Assembly: GCA_964558645.1 (NCBI GenBank)
Contig: CAZLEV010000021.1
Coordinates: 1-44,051, forward strand
Origin: an uncultured archaeon
GTDB taxonomy: Archaea; Asgardarchaeota; Thorarchaeia; Thorarchaeales; Thorarchaeaceae
Direction: 5' to 3'
Length of the DNA stretch: 44,051 nucleotides
The position numbers were made by a program, and so were the translations under genes. This document shows positions 26,728-35,587 of this stretch, one piece after another (positions within the stretch are counted from its first letter, which is position 1; every line of letters begins with the position of its first letter). The notes under the pieces are model-generated. The model worked only from the letters and a program-made list of their open reading frames with translations. It did no database searches and was not told the DNA's origin.

Positions 26728-28551
26728 CTAGGCGGAACCGTGTCGCCTCAGCCCCGGATAGCAATCACGCATGAGCATTTTGAACAACGCTGTGTGAATC
26801 TGGGTTTCAGAAGCAAGACCAACAAGTTGTTCACCGCAAATATCTATGGTCGGGAGCATGGGTAAATCCTCTTTGTCAACATCGGCGTCAGGCCTATCCA
26901 CATTGACGGACCTAAGCAGGTATCGAGGAATCTGTAACTCCTCCATCTTCTCGTTCAGTAAGGCATAGACCGGGTCACAGAAAGTGCAGTGGTGCGACTT
27001 GTAGAATGTGATGCAGACGTCCCTTCCACACGGAAGATTCTCCAATTCCATGAATAGAGGTAGTTCAAGAACGATCCTTGTACCCTGAGTATGACCTCCC
27101 TGTACCCTATCCTCAGCCCATATCTTGCCCTGGAGGTCATCGACAATTCTGGCAACTACTGTGAGACCTAATCCTCTCCCAACACTCTGCTCTTTCGGGT
27201 CACCTGTGCGCTTGAAGATATCCTCCTTGATAGCGTCTGGAATCCCTCGTCCTCTATCATCAATCTCAAAACGAACTGTGGATCCTCTGTCAATCACTGA
27301 GCTGCTTATGTGGATTCTAACGCTTTCAGAGTCATCGAACATGACTGCGTTGTGTAGCACATTGAAGAAGATTTGCTCAACATAGCCATATCCCACTATT
27401 TCATACAGTCCGAGGTCAACATCGTGGCTTATGTTTACTTCTTTCCGCGGAAAGTCCTCCTTCACAGAGTCAATAGCACGTTCGAGCATGTCATGTGGAT
27501 CAACACGTCTCTTATCGGGTGGATTCTCCCTCAGCGTGATGAGGGCCCTCATATTCGCTATCATTCGGGCCGAACGTCTTAGGCTCCAGTTTGTGTCCTG
27601 CAACAGCGATTGAATGTCGTCTGGAAGATCCATCTTCTCTTGGATTAGTCCCAATGAGAAGACCAGCGACTGATTGATATTAGAGAGGTCATGGGTCATC
27701 ACTTCTAGATAGAGATTGGCTCGGTTAGTCTCTGCTTCTTCCCTCAGCTCGGCTTCTCGTCTTCTTGTGATGTCGATGGCCATGATACTGATTTCTGAGA
27801 TTCTTCCTTGAGTTTCTATCGGGCTTGATGTAAGATTTACCCAGACACGTTCTGAGCTTGCACCAAAGAGAGGGATTTCTATACCTTGCAACACCTCACC
27901 TTCAAGAATCGCTTGAAGAACCTGTTTGCTTTCATCTGATCCCTCTCCTGATGGAGGTTGGAATGCCGATATACTCCGTTTCAAGAGCTGATCTCTATTA
28001 TAGCCAAGTAGACTACATGCCGCCTTGTTGACCTCTTGGATAATGCCTCGTTGTGACACAACAAAATGGGCAACAGGGGAATTCTCGAAAATCGTTTCGA
28101 ATCGAGACCTTACTTCATCAATCTCGTCCCTTTCGGTGCGTACCTTTGGCTCATCCAGCAAGACTGCAACGGTATAGGGCACTCCGTCTGTGACTGCAAA
28201 CGCCTTATACGTGACAACCAGTTCCTCATTGTTCTTGTCTTGGAGCTGCGCTTGCCCAAAGACCTCAAGATCAGAAACCTCTTGCGATGCTCCTTTACGC
28301 TTCTGTTTAATCTGAGCGTACAACGGAAACAGAAGCTTCGTAGCCATTGACTGGTCTATGCTTTTAGAATCGAGAGAGAAGAACTCAATAGCTTGAGCGT
28401 TTAAGGCGATGACGTTCTCTTTGCTCCAGACTATCAGAGGGGTTGCAGATACCTCTAGTAGAACTTTGAGAGGTAGGTGTCTAGGACTGATTGCTTCTCG
28501 GTTATTCAGCCACAATACTGTTTCCCCCATCTTTACGGGACTTGGGATCAT
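26728..28551 (-). CDS. PAS-PAS sensor histidine kinase with C-terminal thioredoxin-like domain
   Basis: PAS (FENSPVAHF..VNKAAC); H-box MTHDLSN; N-box NVLHNAV; DDRGRGI; GRGLGL; then FYKSHHCTFC..MLPTI. Confidence 0.88.
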   Translation of the reverse strand: MIPSPVKMGETVLWLNNREAISPRHLPLKVLLEVSATPLIVWSKENVIALNAQAIEFFSLDSKSIDQSMATKLLFPLYAQIKQKRKGASQEVSDLEVFGQAQLQDKNNEELVVTYKAFAVTDGVPYTVAVLLDEPKVRTERDEIDEVRSRFETIFENSPVAHFVVSQRGIIQEVNKAACSLLGYNRDQLLKRSISAFQPPSGEGSDESKQVLQAILEGEVLQGIEIPLFGASSERVWVNLTSSPIETQGRISEISIMAIDITRRREAELREEAETNRANLYLEVMTHDLSNINQSLVFSLGLIQEKMDLPDDIQSLLQDTNWSLRRSARMIANMRALITLRENPPDKRRVDPHDMLERAIDSVKEDFPRKEVNISHDVDLGLYEIVGYGYVEQIFFNVLHNAVMFDDSESVRIHISSSVIDRGSTVRFEIDDRGRGIPDAIKEDIFKRTGDPKEQSVGRGLGLTVVARIVDDLQGKIWAEDRVQGGHTQGTRIVLELPLFMELENLPCGRDVCITFYKSHHCTFCDPVYALLNEKMEELQIPRYLLRSVNVDRPDADVDKEDLPMLPTIDICGEQLVGLASETQIHTALFKMLMRDCYPGLRRHGSA

Positions 28552-28717
28552 TCAAACGATTATCCTCCGGCTCATAGGTATTCCAAACGGCCCATGGAAC
28601 CGCCAATTGTTACTATGAACCAACCTACTCATGAAGGTTGCGTCGTGCAACAAACCGAAGCATTATTACCGTGTATAACATTTTAACTCTTGTTCAAGCT
28701 TAGAAAGATGGTTCATC

Positions 28718-29023
28718 ATGTCGAGTTCTACTGAAGTAACGTCCTCAGATATCGGGGAGATGGTGAAGATGTTCAGAGCCATAGCAAACGAGTCACGGCT
28801 CATGATCATTCTCTTGCTCATGGAGGAGAAGAACAAGCACGTCAGCGAGATTGCCAACGAGCTTGAGCTTTCTGTTAGCAGTGTAAGCCACCATATGTCG
28901 AAACTTGACGATCTCGGTTTTGTCCAGCGTGAGCGGAGAGGGAAAGAGGTCTACTATTATCTCAGGGACGAATGCATCAAAGACATCATTGAGAGAGCAA
29001 AGAGTCATGTCAGCGGTAACTGA
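28718..29023 (+). CDS. ArsR/SmtB-family metalloregulator
   Basis: FRAIANESRLMII..VSEIANEL..SSVSHHMSKL..RRGKEVYY; overlaps the P-type ATPase start. Confidence 0.9.
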   Translation: MSSSTEVTSSDIGEMVKMFRAIANESRLMIILLLMEEKNKHVSEIANELELSVSSVSHHMSKLDDLGFVQRERRGKEVYYYLRDECIKDIIERAKSHVSGN

Positions 29024-30917
29024 ATCGGGCTGTAGGTATTGTGCAGCGGAAGAAGAACGAAAGGAACAGGTGAATTTCAGGAATGAATATGCCGCAATTG
29101 GAACATCCTCACTATTGCTAGTAGTCGGGTCGGCCATTTTTGCCCTTTCAGGAGAATCGCTGGTTGTGACAGTGTTGCTCCTCCTCTCCACCGTGTCGGC
29201 TGGAAAAGACATCATCCCTAGAGGTATCAGAGGAGCAGCGAACGTCCATCTCGACGTGAATTTTCTGATGACCTTTGCAGCGTTTGCAGCATTTCTCATT
29301 GGAGCCCCATTTGAAGGAGCAGCGGTCATGCTTCTTTTCTCTATTGCAGGGCTCTTGGAAAGCAAAGCTAATGACAGGGTGAGGATCGAGCTTGAAGCAT
29401 TACTCAATCTGAAACCACACACAGCCAATGTCATAGATGAAACAGGCGAGCGCGAGGTTCCTCTAGAGGAGGTGAACGTCGGCCAGAAGATAGTGATTCG
29501 ACCTGGTGAAAGAATCGGACTCGATGGAGTTGTTGTAAAGGGAATCAGCGATGTTGATCAGTCGCCCATCACAGGCGAATCAATCCCAGTTGTAAAGGAA
29601 CAGGGTGACGCGGTCTATGCTGGTTCGATAAACCAGAATGGATATCTCGAAGTAGAAGTGACGAAAAGCGCAGGCCAAACAGTTCTTGCCCGTATTGTTG
29701 AAGAGGTGGAATCTGCACAGAAACAGAAAGCCCCCACAGAACGACTCATTTCCAGAGTGTCCCATGTCTATACACCCGCAGTAGTGGCAGGTTCTCTCTT
29801 GCTTTCTCTGGCATCATTTCTTCTGGGAGCTTCTCTTGAGCTCTCGGTCTACAGAGGGTTAACGTTACTTGTCACATCGTGTCCCTGCGCCTTTGCTATC
29901 TCCATTCCCGTTACCATGGTATCTTCCCTCACCGGCCTAGCAAGGTCAGGCATTCTAGTGAAAGGAGCCGAGTATATTGAGAAGATGAGCGAGGCGGATT
30001 TGGTGTTGTTTGATAAGACAGGAACCCTGACCATAGCAGAGCTAGTGGTCTCTGATGTGCGCGCGACACCAGGGACAAACAACGAGGAGGTAGTACGACT
30101 GGCTGCATCTCTTGAGAAACACTCGGAACACCCAGTCGCTAGAGCCATTGTAAGGTACGCAGAGGATCGTGACATTCAGCTACATGGGGCGAAATCATTC
30201 GAAGCAGTTCCGGGATACGGAATTCAAGGTACTATTGAAGGCCGGAAGCTCTTCGTGGGAAACAAGGCTTTCATCGAACAGCAGGCTGTGGAGTCCCCCG
30301 AGGAATTCAACCAGCCTTCTCTTCAGGGAACGATGGCCTATGTTAGCGATCAAACAACTGTGCTGGGAGTGATAGTTCTGAACGACAGTATTCGACCCGA
30401 ATCAGAATCCACTGTCCGAGCCTTGAGAGCGATGGGCCTTAGAACGGCAATGCTCACTGGAGACCGCGGTGATATCGCTCGGAGTGTAGCGAGTCGTCTC
30501 GGTATCGATGTCTGCTACCCCGAATTGCTTCCGAGTGAAAAGGTAGATCTCGTGAAGAAGCTGGCTGGAGAGGGGCGAACGATTATGGTGGGAGATGGTG
30601 TCAACGATGCGCCTGCTTTGGCTTCAGCTGATGTGGGAATTGCATTGGGAGGTATTTCCTCAGATATTGCACTCGAGACTGCAGACGTGGTTCTTATGGA
30701 CGAAGATCTCTCCAAACTTCCGGGACTTCTGGCTCATTCGTCTCATGCTATGAGAGTTGTGAAGCAAAACGTTGCGACGTCGATTTCGGTGAAGGCTGTG
30801 GTCGCATTGCTTGCCGTCCTGGGAATCTCAAGTCTGTGGCTGGCTATTGGAATTGGAGACATGGGTCTAACACTCGCCGTTCTCGGGAATGCACTAAGGC
30901 TCGTACGACGCTTGTAG
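29007..30917 (+). CDS. zntA: Heavy-metal P1B-type ATPase (Zn/Cd/Pb, ZntA/CadA-like)
   Basis: TGES, CPC, DKTGT, SEHP, GDGVND. Lys and Asp in the last TMs (ISVKA, IGDMG) indicate subtype P1B-2. Short N-terminal CRYC. Confidence 0.92.
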   Translation: MSAVTESGCRYCAAEEERKEQVNFRNEYAAIGTSSLLLVVGSAIFALSGESLVVTVLLLLSTVSAGKDIIPRGIRGAANVHLDVNFLMTFAAFAAFLIGAPFEGAAVMLLFSIAGLLESKANDRVRIELEALLNLKPHTANVIDETGEREVPLEEVNVGQKIVIRPGERIGLDGVVVKGISDVDQSPITGESIPVVKEQGDAVYAGSINQNGYLEVEVTKSAGQTVLARIVEEVESAQKQKAPTERLISRVSHVYTPAVVAGSLLLSLASFLLGASLELSVYRGLTLLVTSCPCAFAISIPVTMVSSLTGLARSGILVKGAEYIEKMSEADLVLFDKTGTLTIAELVVSDVRATPGTNNEEVVRLAASLEKHSEHPVARAIVRYAEDRDIQLHGAKSFEAVPGYGIQGTIEGRKLFVGNKAFIEQQAVESPEEFNQPSLQGTMAYVSDQTTVLGVIVLNDSIRPESESTVRALRAMGLRTAMLTGDRGDIARSVASRLGIDVCYPELLPSEKVDLVKKLAGEGRTIMVGDGVNDAPALASADVGIALGGISSDIALETADVVLMDEDLSKLPGLLAHSSHAMRVVKQNVATSISVKAVVALLAVLGISSLWLAIGIGDMGLTLAVLGNALRLVRRL

Positions 30918-30928
30918 AGGAATGTCGT

Positions 30929-32518
30929 CTACTTGTAGCGCCCCAAGGCTCGAACAGACAGGGCAAGGAAGAAGGTGACCAATCCAGCTACCAGAAGAGG
31001 AAGTACCGCAATGAGCACCATGTCGTCTGCGAATGTGGTGACGACGAAAATCATGAGTGTTCCAATCGACAGGTTGATGGCTGGAAACGAGAAAGCCAGT
31101 GGCACGGGTGGATTCTTGGGGTCATTAGTGAATACCGGTACGTAGGCACCGATCATGATACCCGTGGCACAGAATACCAATATCAGTGGTGCTCCAAGCG
31201 CAATTAGGACTAGTCCACCAGATATTCGAAAGAAATAATGTATGAACCCGTAGATGGGGATTGCTGCGATGGCAACCTCAAGTAGGCTTCCTAGATACTT
31301 AGCCAGCACAATATCACTCCCATGAAACGGGCTTGATTTGAGAAGGTAGATATTCTGGCCCTCGTCTACGAAGGCGAAGAGGGCAGTCATTGACGCAACT
31401 TGAGTTAGCAAGACCAGGATGAGCAAGAAGGCAGGAACTACAGCATAATACAATCTTTGAGGTAATTCTATGGGCTGAATCCATTCCGGTTGGAAGCAGT
31501 TCAGCCATAGTACTAGTCCGATGCCAATAGCTGCATAGAAGTACTTCCAGAACTGGAGTGGTGAGCGCATTCGCGACCAGAAATCCTTGAGCATGACCCA
31601 AACCATTGGATCGTTTGTCCGTGTGTTAGAGAAATCGACTTCTCCTCGAATGATCCGAACAAGACGGTTCTCAGACGTTCTCTTCTCAAGTGAACCTGCA
31701 AACAGCTCATAGTAGGCAATATCACAAGTGAGCGAGATCAGTAGAAACGAAACAGCAAACCAGAGAGCGAGAAAGGCTAAGAAGACGGACGGAGCCTGAA
31801 GAGTGACGAATCCAATTGCATCTAGCAGAAACAGCCCAATGTTATTGGCAGGAGATAACAGAAGCATGCTCGGATTTTGGTTCAAGACCGGCACACTCGG
31901 AAGATACACAGCACCTGCCACTGCAGGAAGCAGCAGATGCTTCAAGCGGCCTTCTGTTCGCTTCTCAAGCAGTGTTCTAGCCTGTGAAACAGCTCCTCCG
32001 AGAAGATAATTGAATTCAAGGAATAGGATTATCGCAATCAGCACAGCAATGATGGCAGCCAGCGATGCCGTCGAACGATAGACCAATGGAAGAGCGACAA
32101 AGACGGTTATAGAAGCAAACGTCATCTTCCTGATGATTCGCCGAGTGTACCGTCCTATGAATAACTCGAAGGGTTTGACTGGCGCAGGCATCATCACATT
32201 CTCGTCTGGCGTTTCAAGAACTGCTGCAGGGCCCATTCCGAAGTAACCACTTACAACAGCTGAAAGGGTCAAGAAACCAATTGCTGCGAGAACCGTACTG
32301 ACATCAAGATAATGATCCAGTGACATAAGTACGCTATCGAAGAGAGGTTCAAAGTCTGTCAGTACTGCAAGCACGTTGCTCACGAAGAATGAACCGCCAA
32401 TCGTTATGCTGTAGAACACAAGCATTGAGGTACTTCTGAGCGCCCGTTTGAGTTGATTCAATAGCATTCTGATCTCATTCATCACAAGCGTGAGAATCAG
32501 CGATACCACCCCAATCAC
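30929..32518 (-). CDS. ABC-2-type exporter permease
   Basis: About 12 TM in two halves; DEGQNIYLLKSSP..IVLAKY motif; abuts the ATPase gene. Confidence 0.8.
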   Translation of the reverse strand: MIGVVSLILTLVMNEIRMLLNQLKRALRSTSMLVFYSITIGGSFFVSNVLAVLTDFEPLFDSVLMSLDHYLDVSTVLAAIGFLTLSAVVSGYFGMGPAAVLETPDENVMMPAPVKPFELFIGRYTRRIIRKMTFASITVFVALPLVYRSTASLAAIIAVLIAIILFLEFNYLLGGAVSQARTLLEKRTEGRLKHLLLPAVAGAVYLPSVPVLNQNPSMLLLSPANNIGLFLLDAIGFVTLQAPSVFLAFLALWFAVSFLLISLTCDIAYYELFAGSLEKRTSENRLVRIIRGEVDFSNTRTNDPMVWVMLKDFWSRMRSPLQFWKYFYAAIGIGLVLWLNCFQPEWIQPIELPQRLYYAVVPAFLLILVLLTQVASMTALFAFVDEGQNIYLLKSSPFHGSDIVLAKYLGSLLEVAIAAIPIYGFIHYFFRISGGLVLIALGAPLILVFCATGIMIGAYVPVFTNDPKNPPVPLAFSFPAINLSIGTLMIFVVTTFADDMVLIAVLPLLVAGLVTFFLALSVRALGRYK

Positions 32519-33436
32519 CTACTCCCTAGGAATACCGCCAGTCAGCTCCAAGAATGCTTCCTCAAGAGAGGCAACTGAGAGCTCTTCTCTGAAATCCGCA
32601 AGTGTTCCTCTGCCCACTACGTCCGACTCGTTCATTATAACAAAGCGGTCGCAAAGGGCTTCTGCCACCTCCAGAATGTGAGTTGAGATAAGAATCGCTG
32701 AGCCCGAATCTCGTAGGGTCCGAAGATGCCCCTTGAGACTCCATGCCCCTCGTGGATCCAGTCCGTAGATGGGTTCATCTAGAGCCAGAATATATGGGGC
32801 TGGTCTCATGAATATGCCAACAAGTAGAGTCCTCTGAAGGTTGCCTTTGGAAAGGGTTCCAACATACGAGTCCATGAATTGGTGGAGCTGAAACATCCGA
32901 GAGTATTCACTCATACGAAGAACGGCCTGATATTGGGGTACATCGTAGACCTTTGCAACAAACGAGAGATACTCGCTAACACGAAGATTCGGGTAACAGG
33001 TGGGTCGCTCAGGAATGTATCCGATACGTTCCTTTGCTTCAGTTGGCTCTTCCTTCATATTGTAACCATTGACAAAGACCGAACCACTGGAGGGTTGGAT
33101 GATTCCTGTAAGAACCCGAAGTGTTGTGGTCTTCCCCGCACCATTTGGTCCGACAAGCCCCACAATCTCACCGGGACTCACCTTGAGGTTCAGGTTCTTG
33201 ACGGCCACGGTATTGCCGAAGTCCTTTCTCAGTCTGCGAATCTCGATTGCAGGATCAGCAATCTTGTTGGGGGGCGAATGCTTGTCTAGCTTCTCAAAGC
33301 GAAGGACTTCCTCTGCAAGCCGAGAAACGAGTTGTTCCTTGGGGATTGTGCGTTGAGTGAGCGGCACTTTCATGGCCTTCGCCAAGCGGACAAGCTCCTG
33401 CCCGGACATCTTCGATATCACGTTTTCATGATTCAA
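32519..33436 (-). CDS. ABC transporter ATP-binding protein with N-terminal helical extension
   Basis: GPNGAGKTT, LSKGNLQR, ALDEP, STH. Confidence 0.92.
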   Translation of the reverse strand: MNHENVISKMSGQELVRLAKAMKVPLTQRTIPKEQLVSRLAEEVLRFEKLDKHSPPNKIADPAIEIRRLRKDFGNTVAVKNLNLKVSPGEIVGLVGPNGAGKTTTLRVLTGIIQPSSGSVFVNGYNMKEEPTEAKERIGYIPERPTCYPNLRVSEYLSFVAKVYDVPQYQAVLRMSEYSRMFQLHQFMDSYVGTLSKGNLQRTLLVGIFMRPAPYILALDEPIYGLDPRGAWSLKGHLRTLRDSGSAILISTHILEVAEALCDRFVIMNESDVVGRGTLADFREELSVASLEEAFLELTGGIPRE

Positions 33437-33475
33437 GCTCAGGCATCTCCTCTAGGACATGACTCTTTCATCGTA

Positions 33476-34627
33476 TCACTGTCCACTCCTCAAGGTTTCA
33501 CGTATTCGGGAGACAATCAGATAGGGCAATGGAATGGTGACTTCTCTCTCCTCTTCTTCCTTCTGATGTCCTTCCTTCGGAGATTTGTCTATGAGTCGAG
33601 GACTGAATCTCAAATGGAGAAGGCCCACTATCACAGGGAATGGGGTAGGGATTCTGCTCATCGACATCAGAATGGAGTGAGGAAGTGAAAGCAAAGAGAT
33701 AAGAATGGAGGGAAGAAGCGAAAGCAAAGTGATAATGCCAAGCCGTTTCTTAGTAGTAACTCCCCGTCGGAATTTCAGCAAGTAATGGACGAAGGCGATA
33801 GGAAGTGCCCATCCAAGCACGAAAGAGAGAAAGTAACCGGGATTGAAGCTCCACACGAACAGGGCCATTGTGGTACCCGGTTCCGTCGACCAATTGAGGA
33901 ATCCTGTTGTCAGAATTCCAACGAAATTGATGTGGATCTGGTCCACGCCGATTACCGGAAGGAATTCGTAAATCATCACTCTTAACGGAAATGTCACTAT
34001 GAGAAATAGGAGCAGACGTTCCATTCCAATTCGTGAAACGGCCGAAGTGGCCCTATCGCGTACCCCTTTCTTAGGTTTTCTCAAAATGGGATTTGGATTC
34101 ATTGAATGACGGATACGACCAAAGGCCGGTGCTACCACAAAGATGGTGAGGATGAGTAATGAGACGATGCCGAGTGAGTACCCCTGAAAATATACTGGGT
34201 CGATTTGCCCTAACCATGGGAACAGAAATGCAGGAGATAATATGGATACGGAGAAAAAGGTAATCCCCACGGTGACTATGACCGATTTCGCCAAGGAATC
34301 AACATCATAGTCATCGAGTCGATAGAAGAAATAGACAGCCGGAATAGAAATTAGGAACAGATGCGTCAGTGTTAGGAGTGAAGGGGGCATTGGTGAAAAA
34401 GGGCTCTCAGTGCCGATAGACCAAAGAATTGTGGTGTACTGTATCACCATCGTTTCCACGGACCAGTATTCCGAATACCCGACTACGAAAGAGATTGGAA
34501 TGAGAAGGTATATCAAAACCAAACGGAGTCCAACTTGGGTCGTCTTCGATTGCCAAATCGACCTTAATACCTCTCTCAAACCAGACCCTACCCAAGAGTA
34601 TTTGTCACTGATGAACACATCAAGCAA
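33476..34627 (-). CDS. Hypothetical polytopic membrane protein
   Basis: 383-aa ORF with two ~4-TM halves; start uncertain. Confidence 0.7.
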   Translation of the reverse strand: MLDVFISDKYSWVGSGLREVLRSIWQSKTTQVGLRLVLIYLLIPISFVVGYSEYWSVETMVIQYTTILWSIGTESPFSPMPPSLLTLTHLFLISIPAVYFFYRLDDYDVDSLAKSVIVTVGITFFSVSILSPAFLFPWLGQIDPVYFQGYSLGIVSLLILTIFVVAPAFGRIRHSMNPNPILRKPKKGVRDRATSAVSRIGMERLLLFLIVTFPLRVMIYEFLPVIGVDQIHINFVGILTTGFLNWSTEPGTTMALFVWSFNPGYFLSFVLGWALPIAFVHYLLKFRRGVTTKKRLGIITLLSLLPSILISLLSLPHSILMSMSRIPTPFPVIVGLLHLRFSPRLIDKSPKEGHQKEEEEREVTIPLPYLIVSRIRETLRSGQ

Positions 34628-34675
34628 AATAAGGCTGCTGTTTGGCGTCCGATACGGGAATGTATCAGTGCCGAA

Positions 34676-35401
34676 CTAGACCAGGGATACGGGTACAGTG
34701 TCCAGGAAGACCAGTTGCCAGTCCTTCAGTCTAGTTCTAAGCGCATGGACATCAAGACCCCGCTCGACTCCCTTTTTGAGAGCATCAGCAAATGCAGGAT
34801 CCATATCTCTGTTTGGTGAGAACGTCTTTACATCGGGTCTTTGGATGACAAAGACGACGTACACTTGGTCCACCACTCCAGTTTCCTTTGCCATCACAAG
34901 GTCGTGAACATGTCTTGTACCCCGCTTTGTGGGGGCGTCAGGGAAGAGTGCCCGTCCATCCTCAACGAGCGTGCACGATTTGACCTCGATGAGCTTGACC
35001 CCTTCATCACCCTCTAATCTGAAATCCGACCTACCTTCGAAGAGCGGAGGTTCTGGAACAACCTTCTCGTATGTCCCGAAAAAGTCCAGCTTGTGGGTTT
35101 CAAGCATGCGTTTCATGAACCTGTTGGGTTTGTTTGAGTCAATCGAAATCAAGACTCCGTTGTGTTCAAGCCCGATAAGATCATAGTTGGTCTTCCTATG
35201 TTCACCTTCTGTCTTTCGAGCAAATACTGGGCGGCCCGGGGTAAGAAGCTCGTGCATTCGCCCGGGGTTTGGTACAAATGCTTCAACTTCCTCGCCTTCG
35301 ATCTCTAGAACTGAGAGGAACCGATTAGGTCGTTCAAGGAAAAGAGCTTGCACTACTTCAGACCCAGTTACCATTCTGTCCGTTTCCTGCAAACCCATCA
35401 C
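34676..35401 (-). CDS. sfsA: SfsA (sugar fermentation stimulation) DNA/RNA nuclease family protein
   Basis: RPNRF, NPGRM, RSDF, IEVKSCTL, FPDAPTKRG. Confidence 0.93.
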   Translation of the reverse strand: MMGLQETDRMVTGSEVVQALFLERPNRFLSVLEIEGEEVEAFVPNPGRMHELLTPGRPVFARKTEGEHRKTNYDLIGLEHNGVLISIDSNKPNRFMKRMLETHKLDFFGTYEKVVPEPPLFEGRSDFRLEGDEGVKLIEVKSCTLVEDGRALFPDAPTKRGTRHVHDLVMAKETGVVDQVYVVFVIQRPDVKTFSPNRDMDPAFADALKKGVERGLDVHALRTRLKDWQLVFLDTVPVSLV

Positions 35402-35587
35402 ATTCTCCCTGTTCTTGGCAAGCCATAATAGTCGTTCGAAATGACATCTGTGTTAGCCCCTATTTGGCGTCTATGGTTTCCAAATTTCGTCAAATACGTC
35501 TATTATCCGTCTTTTGACAGAGGCACATAATCCTTTTGAGAGGGTTAGTTGTGGCTTTAGCTAGGCATTCTTCGGGGCCAAGATGAA

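Noticed and set aside
28905-29006. Longer ZntA N-terminus given by the ORF track
   Set aside because: Overlaps arsR extensively; ATG 29007 is the more plausible coupled start.
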